64,000 nt of DNA from an uncultured Acidobacteriota bacterium (lineage in GTDB: Bacteria > Acidobacteriota > Vicinamibacteria > Fen-336), in NCBI GenBank assembly GCA_963847655.1, contig CAWKAS010000002.1, forward strand, positions 513,729 through 577,728, read 5' to 3'. A program made the position numbers and the translations under genes. Numbering within the stretch: position 1 is the stretch's first letter; the number at the start of each line of letters is the position of its first letter. The notes under the pieces are model-generated. The model searched no databases and had not been told where the DNA came from. It was given only the letters and a program-made list of their open reading frames with translations. Positions 10,001-19,913 of this stretch are shown piece by piece.

Positions 10001-13000
10001 CCGGCCCGTGCCGGAGCGGCGGCAGGAGCTCGGCCCCGAGGATCGCGCCTTCTTCGAGCGCGTCGCCCGCGACACCTGGCGCTACTTCGAGGACTTCATG
10101 GGTCCCGAGGACCACGGCCTGCCCGCCGACAACTTCCAGGAGACACCCGCGCCGCGGGTGGCCCATCGGACCTCGCCCACGAACATCGGGATGGGGCTCC
10201 TCGCGACACTGGCCGCTCACGACCTCGGCTTCATCGCCACCGAGGTCCTGGCCGAGAGGATCGACGCGACCCTGACGACGTCGAGGGCCTGGAGCGATAC
10301 GAGGGCCACCTGCTCAACTGGTACGACACGCAGAGCCTGGCCGCGCTGCCCCCCCGCTACGTCTCGACGGTCGACAGCGGGAACCTGGCGGGCGCGCTGA
10401 TGACGCTCGCCGAGGGATTGCGCGAGGCGGGTCTCGGCGGACCTGGCCCGCCGGGCCGCCTCCTTCGCCGAGGGAATGAGCTTCCGCTTCCTCTACGACC
10501 CGCAGCGCCGGATCCTCTCGATCGGCTTTCGCCTGGCGGACGCCGAGGGGCCGGGCCGCCTGGATCCGTCCTACTACGATCTGCTCGCCTCCGAGGCGCG
10601 CCTCGCGAGCTTCATCGCCATCGCCCGCGGCGAGCTGCCCCAGACGCACTGGTTCCACCTGGGCCGGCTGGTCACGAGCGTCCACGGCACGCCGACGCTG
10701 CTGTCGTGGAGCGGCACCGCCTTCGAGTACCTGATGCCGCTCCTGGTGATGAAGGGCTACCCCGAGACGCTGCTCGACCAGACCTGCCGCATGGCGGTAC
10801 GGCGCCAGGTGGAGTACGCCGCCGGGCGCGGGCGTGCCCTGGGGAATCTCGGAGTGCTGCGTACAACGTCACCGATCGCCACGGCAACTACCAGTACAAG
10901 GCCTTCGGCGTCCCCGGCCTCGGCCTGAAGCGGGGCCTCGCCGACGAGCTGGTCGTGGCGCCCTACGCGACGGCGCTCGCCGCGATGGTGGAGCCGCAGC
11001 TCGCGGCGCGCAACCTGCGACGCCTCGTCGGACGAGGGACGCGCGGGCGCCTACGGCTACTACGAGGCGATCGACTACACGCACTCCCCGGTCGGCGAGC
11101 TGGCTGCCGGCGAGAGCGCCGGCCCGTCCGGCGGAACCGTCGTGCGCGCCTTCATGGCCCACCACCAGGGCATGACCCTCGTCTCGCTCGCCAACGTGCT
11201 GCTCGACAACCCGATGGTGAGGCGCTTCCACGCCGACCCGCGCGTGCAGGCCACCGAGCTGCTGCTGCAGGAGCGGGTCCCGCGCGAGGCAGCCATCACC
11301 CAGCCCCGTCCGGTCGAGGAGACGCGCGCGGCGGGCCCGACGCCCGTCCTGGCCTTGCGTCGCTTCCGATCGCCGCACACGCTGTGGCCACACGCCCAGT
11401 TCCTGTCGAACGGCAGCTACACCACGGTCGTGACGAACTCCGGCGGGGGCGCCAGCTTCTGGCGGGACCGCGTGGTCACGCGCTACCGCGAGGACGCCAC
11501 GCGCGACCCGGGAAGCCAGTTCGTCTATCTGCGGGACGTGCGCAGCGGCAGGGTGTGGTCGGCGACCCACCACCCGGTGGGAGGAGAGGCCGAGGACTAC
11601 CTGGTGACGTTCCTCGCCGAGAAGGCGAGCTTCAGCCGCCGCGACGACGGCATCGCGACGCTCCTCGACGTCGCGGTCTCCACCGAGGACGACGTCGAGG
11701 TGCGGCGGCTGGCGGTCACGAACCACAGCGACCGTCCCCGCGAGATCGAGATCACGAGCTACGCGGAGATCGTCCTCGCCCCGGCGGCGGACGACCTGGC
11801 CCATCCCGCCTTCGGGAAGCTCTTCGTCGAGACGGAGTACCTCCCGGAGCGGGCGGCGCTCCTGTGCAGCCGTCGGCCCCGCTCGGCCGAAGAGCCGGCG
11901 CTGTGGGCGGTGCACGTCGCTGAGCCTGGAGGGCCGCACGCAGGGTCCCCTCGAGTGGGAGACGGATCGCGCGCGCTTCCTCGGCCGGGGCGCGCTCGCC
12001 GGAGAATCCCCAGGCCCTCGACGGGCGCTCCCTCTCCGGCACGACCGGCGTCGTGCTCGATCCCGTGGTCAGCCTGCGCCAGCGCATCCGCCTCGCACCC
12101 GGAGGCTTCGTGCGGCTGTCGTTCGCCACGGGCATGGCGTCCTCGCGCGACACGGCCCTGGCGCTCGCCCAGAAGTACCACGAGCCGAGCTCGGCGGCGC
12201 GGACCTTCGCCCTGGCCTTCGCCCACGCGCAGAGCGCGCTGCGGCACCTCGGCATCACGAGCGAGGATGCCCTGCTGTACGAGCGCCTGGCGTCGCGCGT
12301 GCTGTACGCCGACCGCTCGCTGCGCGCGGGCCCGGAGCGTCCTCGCCCGGAGCGAGCTCGGCCAGGAAGGACTGTGGCCGCACGGCATCTCGGGGGATCT
12401 TCCCATCCTGCTCGTGCGCGTGGTGGAGGAGGACGACCTGCCGCTCGTCCGGGAGGTGCTGCAGGCGCAGGAGTACTGGCGGCTCAAGGGGCTGCGGGCC
12501 GACGTCGTGATCCTGAACGAGCACGCCGTCGGCTATCTCGACGAGATGCAGGGGCAGCTCACGGCACTCCTCGACAACGGTCCGTGGAGGGCGTGGAACC
12601 ACCAGCCCGGCGGAGCCTACCTGCTGCGCGGGGACCGCATGGGGGAGGCCGAGCGCGTCCTGCTCGCGGCCGTGGCGCGAGCCGTGCTGAGCGGGGATCG
12701 GGGCGGCTTGTCGGCCCAGCTCGAGCACGCCCACGCCCACTGGCCGGAGCCGAGCCGCCCGATCTCGTGCCCTCGCGGCAGCCGGCCCCCGCGGCGGCCT
12801 CCGACGCGGGTCTCGAGCTGCCGCCCCTCGCGCTGGCCAACGGCCTGGGCGGCTTCGACGACGGCGGGCGGGACTACGTGGTGCGGCTCGACGGAAGAGA
12901 CGGAGACTCCGCTGCCGTGGGCGAACGTGATCGCCAATCCCGGGTTCGGCACTGTCGTCACCGCCGGCGGGTCCGCCTACCACCTGGGCCGGGAACAGCC

Positions 13001-15265
13001 GCGAGAACCGTCTGACGCCGTTCGCGAACGACCCCGTCAGCGACCCGACGGCCGAGGCGCTGTTCGTCCGCGACGACGACACGGGCGAAGCCTGGTCTCC
13101 GACTCCGGGTCCGCTGCGTCGCGCGGCGACGGACCGCTTCCTGATCCGCCACTCGGCCGGCCTCACCCGCTTCTCGCGGATCGCGCACGGCATCCGCCAC
13201 GAGCTCGACGTCTTCGTGGACGCGAGCGATCCCGTGAAGCTCTCGCGGCTGACACTGACGAACGAGGAGCGATCGGCCACGTCGCCTCGAGCGTCTTCGC
13301 CTACAACGAGTGGGTCCTGGGACCGCCGCGCCGGGGCCAGGAGCTCCACGTCGTGACCGAGCTCGACGCCGCGACCGGCGCGATCTTCGCGCGCAATCCC
13401 TACAACACCGAGTACCCCGGACACGTGGCCTTCGCCCACGCGAGCGAGGCCGTCCGCTCCGCGACCGGCGACCGGGCGTCGTTCCTGGGCCGCAACGGGT
13501 CGCTCGCGCAGCCGGCCGCTCTCGCCCGCGAGGCGCTCTCCGGTCGCTTCGGCGCGGGTCTCGACCCCTGCGCCGCGCTGCACCTTTCGGTCGCGCTGGC
13601 CCCCGGCGAGACGCGCGTGCTCGTGTTCCTGCTCGGCCAGGCAAGGGACGCGTCCGCCGCTCGCGAGCTCGTCTCGCGTCACGGCTCGACGGCGGCGGCC
13701 GAGTCCGCGCTCCGCGCCGTGCGTCAGGCGTGGGACCGGACGCTGGACGCGGTGCAGGTCAGCACGCCGGACGATTCCTTCGACCTGCTGATGAACCGCT
13801 GGCTTCTCTACCAGGACCTGAGCTGCCGGCTGTGGGCGCGGTCCGGGTACTACCAGCCGGGCGGAGCCTTCGGCTTCCGCGATCAGCTCCAGGACGTGAT
13901 GGCGCTCGCGCTCGCTCGGCCGGACCTCACCCGCGAGCACCTGCTGCGGGCGGCCGGCCGTCAGTTCGTCGAGGGCGACGTCCAGCACTGGTGGCACGAG
14001 CCGAGCGGCCGGGGCACCCGCACCCGCTGCTCGGACGACCTGCTGTGGCTGCCGTACGCGGCGGCGCACTACGTGCGGACGACCGGAGACACGGCCGTGC
14101 TCGACGAGAGCGTACCGTTCCTGGAGGCCCCACCGCTCGCTCCGGACTCGCAGGAGGCCTACATCCAGCCGCGCGTCTCCGCCGAGAGCGGGCTCGCTCT
14201 TCGAGCACTGCCTGCGCGCGATCGACAAGGGCCTGACCGCCGGCGCGCACGGGCTGCCGCTGTTCGGAAGCGGAGACTGGAACGACGGGATGAACCGCGT
14301 GGGCTGGCGTGGCCGCGGCGAGAGCACCTGGCTGGGCTTCTTCCTCCACGGCGTGCTCACCGAGTTCGCGCCCCTGTGCGACGAGCGGGGCGACGCGGAT
14401 CGAGCGGAGCGCTATCGCCGCGAGGCGGCCCGCCTCGCGGGGATGCTCGAGCGGACGTGGGACGGGGAGTGGTACCGGCGCGGGTACTACGACGACGGCT
14501 CGCCGCTCGGATCGGCCCAGAACGACGAGTGCCGGATCGACTCGATCGCCCAGTCCTGGGCCGTGCTCTCGGGGGCCGTGCCCGAGCGCTTTGCCGACCG
14601 CGCCATGGATGCGGTCCGTGCGCACCTCGTGCGGCGCGGACACCGGCTGGTGGCGCTGCTCACGCCTCCCTTCGACCGCTCGGCTCAGGAGCCCGGCTAC
14701 ATCAAGGGCTACCCGCCCGGGGTTCGCGAGAACGGAGGGCAGTACACCCACGCCGCCGTGTGGACGGTGATGGCCATGGCGCGGCTCGGGTACGGCGACG
14801 AAGCGGCCGAGCTCTTCCACATGCTGAACCCGGTCAATCACACCCGTACCGGCGGCGGACGTCGAGCGCTACAAGGCCGAGCCGTACGTTCTCGCGGGTG
14901 ACGTCTTCGCGCACCCGTCCCACGCCGGTCGGGCGGGCTGGACCTGGTACACCGGCTCGGCGGGCTGGATGTACCGGGCCGGCCTCGAGAGCATCCTCGG
15001 CCTGAAGCGCCGCGGCGCGATCTTCGAGATCGATCCCTGCATCCCGGCGGCCTGGCCCGCGTACTCGATCGACTGGCGCTTCGGGGCGACACGCTACGCA
15101 ATCGAGGTCGTCAATCCCGGAGCGCCGCTCCCGGGGCGTCGCCCGAGCCGTGCTCGACGGCACCGCGGTCGATCCGCGTGCGATTCCACTGTCGGACGAT
15201 GGGGGGCGACACGAGGTGAGGTCGTCCTCGGCGAGCGTGTCACCGCCGCCATGCGGTCAGGCTGA
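7067..15265 (+). pseudogene. Cyclic beta-1,2-glucan synthase (NdvB/ChvB/Cgs-like; GT84 + GH94-type domains), reading frame interrupted by at least 15 frameshifts
   Basis: Pieces spread over all three plus frames. N-terminus: LLSIERLEERAKALA and EWLLDNYHLVASEIR. GT84 region: TMVVVPTLLTSVE...RYCITLDSDTRLPRD...HARRQHRWVRGDWQ. Middle: WRYFEDFMGPEDHGLPADNFQE...VAHRTSPTNIGMGLLATLAAHD and EGHLLNWYDTQSL..YVSTVDSGNLAG. GH94-like C-terminus: [25 protein letters not shown]...DVQHWWHEP...[11 protein letters not shown]...[19 protein letters not shown]. Frame switches near 7305, 7915, 9855, 9995, 10300, 10440, 10860, 11130, 11925, 12330, 12790, 12960, 13290, 14180, 14870 and 15130-15200. Confidence 0.7.
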
Positions 15266-15311
15266 AGAAGACGGGGACCAGGACGGCGCCAGGGCGCCGC
15301 CCGCGCGCGCC

Positions 15312-16322
15312 TCACGGGGTGAGGCTGTTCAGCGCCACGAACGCCCCGCCGTTTCGCTCGCACAGCAGGCGCATGAGCGTGGCGAAACGCACCCCGGTGT
15401 TCTCCCCGTATCGGGCCTGGGAGAAGATCGTCGGGAAGCCGATGGCGTGGATGCGCACCTTGCGCTCCCCGCTCCGGTCGGGGCGGTTGAGGCGGTCGAC
15501 GGTCTCCAGCACCCGGTCGATGGAGTCGCCGGTGAACTCGTCGCCGAAGACGTAGAGGCTGATCCGGCGGTCCTGGCGCCAGTACGTGCGGATGGCGCTC
15601 TCGATCCCCTCCACCGGGCTGGAGTTCGAGAAGGCGTTCCAGCCGCGCAGCCGGTTCATGATGGCCGTCCGCCGGGCCTTCGTGTCGGGGATCCACTTCC
15701 CGGAGTATCCGGAGAACATGTAGACCCCCTCGTCGTTCATGATCTGCAGGCCCTTCACCTTCGGGTAGGCGTCGAGGACCTCCTTCATCTTGCGCTGCAC
15801 CTGGGGCCAGGCGAAGCGCTGCATCGAGCCCGAGGTGTCGATGATGAAGATGATGTACTCGCTGTCGACCGGGATCCCCCCCACCGGGGCCTCCGGGGGA
15901 CGGCGGTAGACCCTCTCCGCCTGGAGTCGCTTCATCTCCTCGCTGAGGGCCTGCTGCGCCGCCACCAGGCGCCCGGCGATCGTGTCCTGGATCTCCGACA
16001 TCTGCCGGCTGGCCTGGTACTGACCCTGGATGTCCGTGAGGTCTCCCCGCAGCCGGGCGACGTTCTTCGTCTCCTCCGAGAGCTGCTCCTCGCGGCTGCG
16101 GAGGGCCCGTTCGAACTGCGTCGTCTCCCCTCGGACCACGTGGAGCTCCTCCTCGAGGCGCGCGATGAGCCCCTGCAGGTCCTGCTGGGCCCGCTCGAGC
16201 ACCAGGGGCTCCCCCATCTTGTTGAGGACGAAGAGGAGGATGATGGCCCCGAAGCCGCAGCACACGGCGTCCAGAAAGGACAGGGAGAAGACCTCGACGT
16301 CCCGCCGCCCCCGCCTCCTCAT
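15312..16322 (-). CDS. ExbD/TolR-like N-terminal membrane anchor + coiled coil + periplasmic vWA (MIDAS) domain, paralog B
   Basis: N-terminus RRDVEVFSLSFLDAVCCGFGAIILLFVL has the ExbD/TolR-type pattern (basic tail, N-V-x-P/S-L-x-x-D, TM helix). Long coiled coil. vWA with DxSxS MIDAS motif IIFIIDTSGSMQ. Start overlaps the upstream stop (ATGA). Confidence 0.7.
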   Translation of the reverse strand: MRRRGRRDVEVFSLSFLDAVCCGFGAIILLFVLNKMGEPLVLERAQQDLQGLIARLEEELHVVRGETTQFERALRSREEQLSEETKNVARLRGDLTDIQGQYQASRQMSEIQDTIAGRLVAAQQALSEEMKRLQAERVYRRPPEAPVGGIPVDSEYIIFIIDTSGSMQRFAWPQVQRKMKEVLDAYPKVKGLQIMNDEGVYMFSGYSGKWIPDTKARRTAIMNRLRGWNAFSNSSPVEGIESAIRTYWRQDRRISLYVFGDEFTGDSIDRVLETVDRLNRPDRSGERKVRIHAIGFPTIFSQARYGENTGVRFATLMRLLCERNGGAFVALNSLTP

Positions 16323-17413
16323 GGCCAGTCGCTCGAGGGGGTCATCATCGAGCCCCGCGTGGCCATCGCCACCTTCCAGAAGGCGGGAGACGCCATCGGG
16401 TCGCCCTCCATCGGGTAGAGAATGACGTTGACCGGCACCCCGCGCGGCAGCGCGTCGAGCGCGCGCTCCAGCAACCGGAGCCGGTCCTTGCTGGAGATCG
16501 TCTTGCGCCCCGGGGCCTTCTCACCCTGGGTGGGAAGTCCGTCGGTGAGGAGCACGATGTTGTCCGGGGGCGGGTTCATGGCCCGGGCGGCGGCGAAGGC
16601 GTGGTGGAGGCTGGTGCCCCCGATGGGCGCGGTCTGGCGGAGCACGGCGATCGCCTCGTCCAGCTTCGCGCCGTCGCCGACCTCGAGCCAGACCCCTTCG
16701 GTGCCCTCGAGCACCGGCCGGGCCCGCGTGTCGAAGGCGTAGATCTGGTACCGCGCCTTCGGAGGCATCTGGGCAGCGAGCCAGTCCACCGCCTTCACCG
16801 CCTGCTGCCACTTGTCGGCGCGCATGCGGATCTCGGGAGCCAGGAAGCGGCGGCGCACCGCGTTGACGATGTCGGCGGCGAGCATGCTCGCGGAGGCATC
16901 GACCAGGACGAAGATGCGCTGCCCGCCGACCTTCAGCCCCGAGAGGTACTGTCGGTCACCGTCCCCCACGAAGCTGCGGATGTTGCGGCCGGGGACCTCC
17001 TCCCGTGGCGGCCCGCCCGAGAGCCGCTTCGCCCCCTCCTCCAGCGACTTCAGGTCCGCCTTGAGCTTGTTGACGTGCTCGCGGGTGGCGACGTTCTGCT
17101 GGTCGTAGGTGGCCAGCTCCTCCTCGATCTCGCGCAGCACGGCGAGCAGGCGGGTGGACAGCCCCTGCGTCACGACCCTCTGCCGCTCGATCTCGCGCAG
17201 GGAGTTCCTCACCTCGACGAGGTTCTCCTGCCCGTCGAGGACCTCCTCCTCCCGCATCGTGACCTCCGCCTGGAGGGCCTCGGTGACGTGGGTGAAGGTC
17301 TCCCCGGCCCGGGCGGCCACGATCATGTGAAACAGGATCAACGCCCCGAAGCCGCAGGTGATGCAGTCGAGCAGCGAAAGGCTGAAGATGTTCGTCTGGC
17401 GCTTGCGGGCCAC
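16319..17413 (-). CDS. ExbD/TolR-like anchor + coiled coil + vWA domain, paralog A (GTG start)
   Basis: VARKRQTNIFSLSLLDCITCGFGALILFHMIV; coiled coil; MIDAS FVLVDASASML. The 948 aa in the ORF track is an upstream open-frame artefact. GTG start with RBS GGAGGAGTGAGG overlapping the upstream stop. Confidence 0.65.
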   Translation of the reverse strand: MARKRQTNIFSLSLLDCITCGFGALILFHMIVAARAGETFTHVTEALQAEVTMREEEVLDGQENLVEVRNSLREIERQRVVTQGLSTRLLAVLREIEEELATYDQQNVATREHVNKLKADLKSLEEGAKRLSGGPPREEVPGRNIRSFVGDGDRQYLSGLKVGGQRIFVLVDASASMLAADIVNAVRRRFLAPEIRMRADKWQQAVKAVDWLAAQMPPKARYQIYAFDTRARPVLEGTEGVWLEVGDGAKLDEAIAVLRQTAPIGGTSLHHAFAAARAMNPPPDNIVLLTDGLPTQGEKAPGRKTISSKDRLRLLERALDALPRGVPVNVILYPMEGDPMASPAFWKVAMATRGSMMTPSSDWP

Positions 17414-17415
17414 CC

Positions 17416-18831
17416 TCACTCCTCCACCGCGATGACGAGCATCTCCTGGCCCGGGCTGCCCACGCGCACCCGGTCGCCGGGGAAGACGACGGCGCGCCCC
17501 ACGATCTGCTCCCCGTTGACGAAGGTCCCGTAGGTGCTCAGGTCCTCCAGCACGACCTCGCCGCCGACCTCGAAGAAGCGGCAGTGGGCCCGGGAGACGC
17601 CGGCGGTCTCGCCGGCGAGGCGGAGGCCCCGGGAGCCCTCCGGGGGGGCGGTGCCCACGACGAGGGGCTCCGCGGTGAGGGGGCGGGCGTGGTGGCCCAG
17701 GAGCAGGTGGGTCGGTCGCGCTCCGCCCCCGAGGGGGAAGGGGGGGGGCGCCTGGGGCACCGGGGCGGACCGGGGCACCGCCGCCGAGTCCGCAGCGCCC
17801 TCGTCGGGCGAGGGGCGCCGACGCTCGAGACGCGTGACGAAGAGCCGGAGGCCTCCCTTCACCGCGCGCAGCCTCTCGTGCGCGCGGAGGGCGCCGGCCG
17901 CCGCCAGCGACCCGGGCACCCGGACCACCCCGCTCCCCCGCATGGTGGCCAGGCGGGCCACCAGTCCCGGGATCCGTGCGGCGTGGGCGGAGACGAGAAG
18001 GGTCGTCGGCTCGCCCGGGTGCTTGAGAAGGCTCATCTTCTGGGCCAGCTCCTCGGCGTACTTCCGGGCCCACTCCTCGACCTCCGACCGCTCCACCTCG
18101 ACCTCGTGATCGCGCCCGCCACCGTCCAGGGAGAGGGCCACGCGGTCCTCCTCCTCGAGGCGCTCGAGCCAGCCGGGGAGTCGGTCGTGCAGGGCCTGCT
18201 CGGTCTCGGCGTCGTGGAAGGGGTCGAAGCGCGTCTTGTGGACGAAGGCCTGGGCGATGCGGCGAGCCAGGGCGTCGTGAACCTCCTCGAGACCCCAGCG
18301 CTCGATCGTGGCCACCCTCTCGCGGACGATCTCGTCTCCCTGCCGCAGCTCGGTCACGGTGGCCCGGTGCAGGTGCACGTCGGCCAGGAGCAGCCGCTCG
18401 CCCGGGAATCCGGTGCTGGCCGCGGCCACCGCGGCGTCGACGAGACCGACCACCGGCATCTCGAGGGCCTGGGTGATCCCCAGGAGACGGCCCAGCGCCT
18501 CCGACCCATGGAAGCCGGGCACGGCCAGGACGACCTCGCTCACCCCCGCCCCGACCTTCGTCCAGAGGCTCCGGAGGTGCGCGTGGACCAGGTCGGCGGA
18601 GGTCAACCCGTCGGGGAACGGCCGACCGAGGGGCGCGGCATCGAGGCGCTCCCAGAAGCGGCTCATCACGAAGCGCGGCCGGAGGCGCGCGCGGCTGAGG
18701 GCCTGCGGGCCCACGAGGACTCGTCCCTCCTCGACGAGGGCATAGCCCGGGCTGGGCCCGACGACCGTCCCTTCCCCGTCGACCCCGAGGACGCCGGCGT
18801 CGGTCACGTCGAAGGCGAGCGCGCGAGCCAC
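17416..18831 (-). CDS. Actin/Hsp70-fold (ASKHA-like) ATPase with C-terminal FHA domain
   Basis: N-terminus MARALAFDVTDAGVLGVDGEGTVVGPSPGYALVEEGRVLVG has a glycine-rich phosphate-loop style. C-terminus CRFFEVGGEVVLEDLSTYGTFVNGEQIVGRAVVFPGDRVRVGS is a typical FHA signature. Confidence 0.65.
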   Translation of the reverse strand: MARALAFDVTDAGVLGVDGEGTVVGPSPGYALVEEGRVLVGPQALSRARLRPRFVMSRFWERLDAAPLGRPFPDGLTSADLVHAHLRSLWTKVGAGVSEVVLAVPGFHGSEALGRLLGITQALEMPVVGLVDAAVAAASTGFPGERLLLADVHLHRATVTELRQGDEIVRERVATIERWGLEEVHDALARRIAQAFVHKTRFDPFHDAETEQALHDRLPGWLERLEEEDRVALSLDGGGRDHEVEVERSEVEEWARKYAEELAQKMSLLKHPGEPTTLLVSAHAARIPGLVARLATMRGSGVVRVPGSLAAAGALRAHERLRAVKGGLRLFVTRLERRRPSPDEGAADSAAVPRSAPVPQAPPPFPLGGGARPTHLLLGHHARPLTAEPLVVGTAPPEGSRGLRLAGETAGVSRAHCRFFEVGGEVVLEDLSTYGTFVNGEQIVGRAVVFPGDRVRVGSPGQEMLVIAVEE

Positions 18832-18846
18832 GAGCCCCTCCCCGCT

Positions 18847-19641
18847 CTAGGCCTGCAGGTGCTGGAGCAGGTGCTCGTCCACGTAGCCCTCGGTGTCGAG
18901 GACGAGGCGCTCCTGGCGGAGCTGGAGCTGGTGCAGGACGAACATGATCCCGAGGCTCAGGAGCAGCGCGATGAAGGTCGAGTTGAAGGCGGTGCCGAGG
19001 CTGGCGGTCACCCCGGAGATGTCGCCCTGCACCGCGCGGTGGGCCTGGGTGAGGGCGTCGCCGATGCCCCGCACCGTGCCGATGAAGCCGATCGACGGAA
19101 TCGCCCACGCGATGTAGCGGATCATCGCCAGCTCGGAGTCGAGACGGTCGGACTCGGCCTCGCACACCTCGCCGGCGATGGCGGAGGCGTCCTGGATGCT
19201 CCGGGTGGCCCGGAAGCGCTGCAGGGCGGCCAGGAGCGTGCGGGGGAGGAGCCGCCGCTTCTCGGTCTCGGGGAGGCCCTGGATCTGCCGGGCGTACTCA
19301 CGGGCGTCCTCGGGGAGGATGCGGGAGCCCGGGGCCACCGGCACCAGCTCCTGCTCGACGAGATTCCGCTCCCGGGCCACCGAGAGCCACTTGGATCCCA
19401 TGATCGCCAGCGCCCACAGCCCCAGGACGAAGCAGGCCTCCTGCTCGAAGTCCTTGATGACCACCCAGACCGAGCGGGCCGGGACGTACTCGGGGTCCTC
19501 CCGCATCAACCGCGCCTGCTCGGCGAGCACGGCCTCCGCGTTCGGGCGGACCACCGTCACGTAGAAGGCGTGCACGAGGACGAAGGCGAGGACGAGCGAC
19601 GAGAGCTGGTAGACAAAGTCGCCGGGCTGGGGCTTCTTCAT
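18847..19641 (-). CDS. MotA/TolQ/ExbB-family proton channel protein
   Basis: TM helices and the family core SIGFIGTVRGIGDALTQA...ASLGTAFNSTFIALLLSLGIMFV. Start taken at MKKPQPGDF; the in-frame extension upstream runs through the tandem repeat and is unlikely to be real. Confidence 0.75.
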   Translation of the reverse strand: MKKPQPGDFVYQLSSLVLAFVLVHAFYVTVVRPNAEAVLAEQARLMREDPEYVPARSVWVVIKDFEQEACFVLGLWALAIMGSKWLSVARERNLVEQELVPVAPGSRILPEDAREYARQIQGLPETEKRRLLPRTLLAALQRFRATRSIQDASAIAGEVCEAESDRLDSELAMIRYIAWAIPSIGFIGTVRGIGDALTQAHRAVQGDISGVTASLGTAFNSTFIALLLSLGIMFVLHQLQLRQERLVLDTEGYVDEHLLQHLQA

Positions 19642-19654
19642 CTCGTCGTCTGCC

Positions 19655-19896
19655 CTATCGTCTGTGGAACGCGTCGTTCTATCGTCTGCGGAACGCATCG
19701 TTTGCCCGTCGTTCCGCAGACCTTCCGTTGCCACGTTCGCCCGTTCATATCAGCGAATCCTGTTTCCTCTCTCCCCTATCGTCTGCGGAACGCGTCGTTC
19801 TATCGTCCGCGGAACGCATCGTTGTCTCATCGTTCCGCAGACCTTCCGTTGCCACGTTTGGCCGTTCATATTGGCTAAGCCTGTTTCCTCTCTCTC
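19655..19896. repeat. Tandem direct repeat, 2 x ~122 bp at ~90% identity. Each unit carries two direct copies and one inverted copy of the 13 bp motif CGTCTGCGGAACG.
   Basis: Unit 1 ctatcgtctgtggaacgcgtcgttctatcgtctgcggaacgcatcgtt...cgttccgcagacc...ttgccacgttcgcccgttcatatcag...cctgtttcctctctcc; unit 2 is nearly identical. Lies immediately 5' of the MotA-like operon and 3' of the small secreted-protein gene. Confidence 0.8.
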
Positions 19897-19913
19897 CGTT
19901 CCCCGACCTTGCT

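Noticed and set aside
7067-15265. Treating the NdvB-like segments as separate small genes
   Set aside because: The segments are collinear with a single NdvB-type protein and switch frame without start codons or RBSs. One disrupted gene is the parsimonious reading.
16319-19165. 948 aa minus-strand ORF
   Set aside because: Only the C-terminal 364 aa (vWA paralog A) is protein-like. The remainder is an open alternate frame over the FHA-ATPase and MotA genes.
19642-19734. Longer MotA-like N-terminus (MATEGLRNDGQTMRSADDRTTRSTDDRADDE...) from the ORF track
   Set aside because: This stretch is the translation of the tandem DNA repeat and is low complexity. The start at MKKPQPG is preferred, though unverified.
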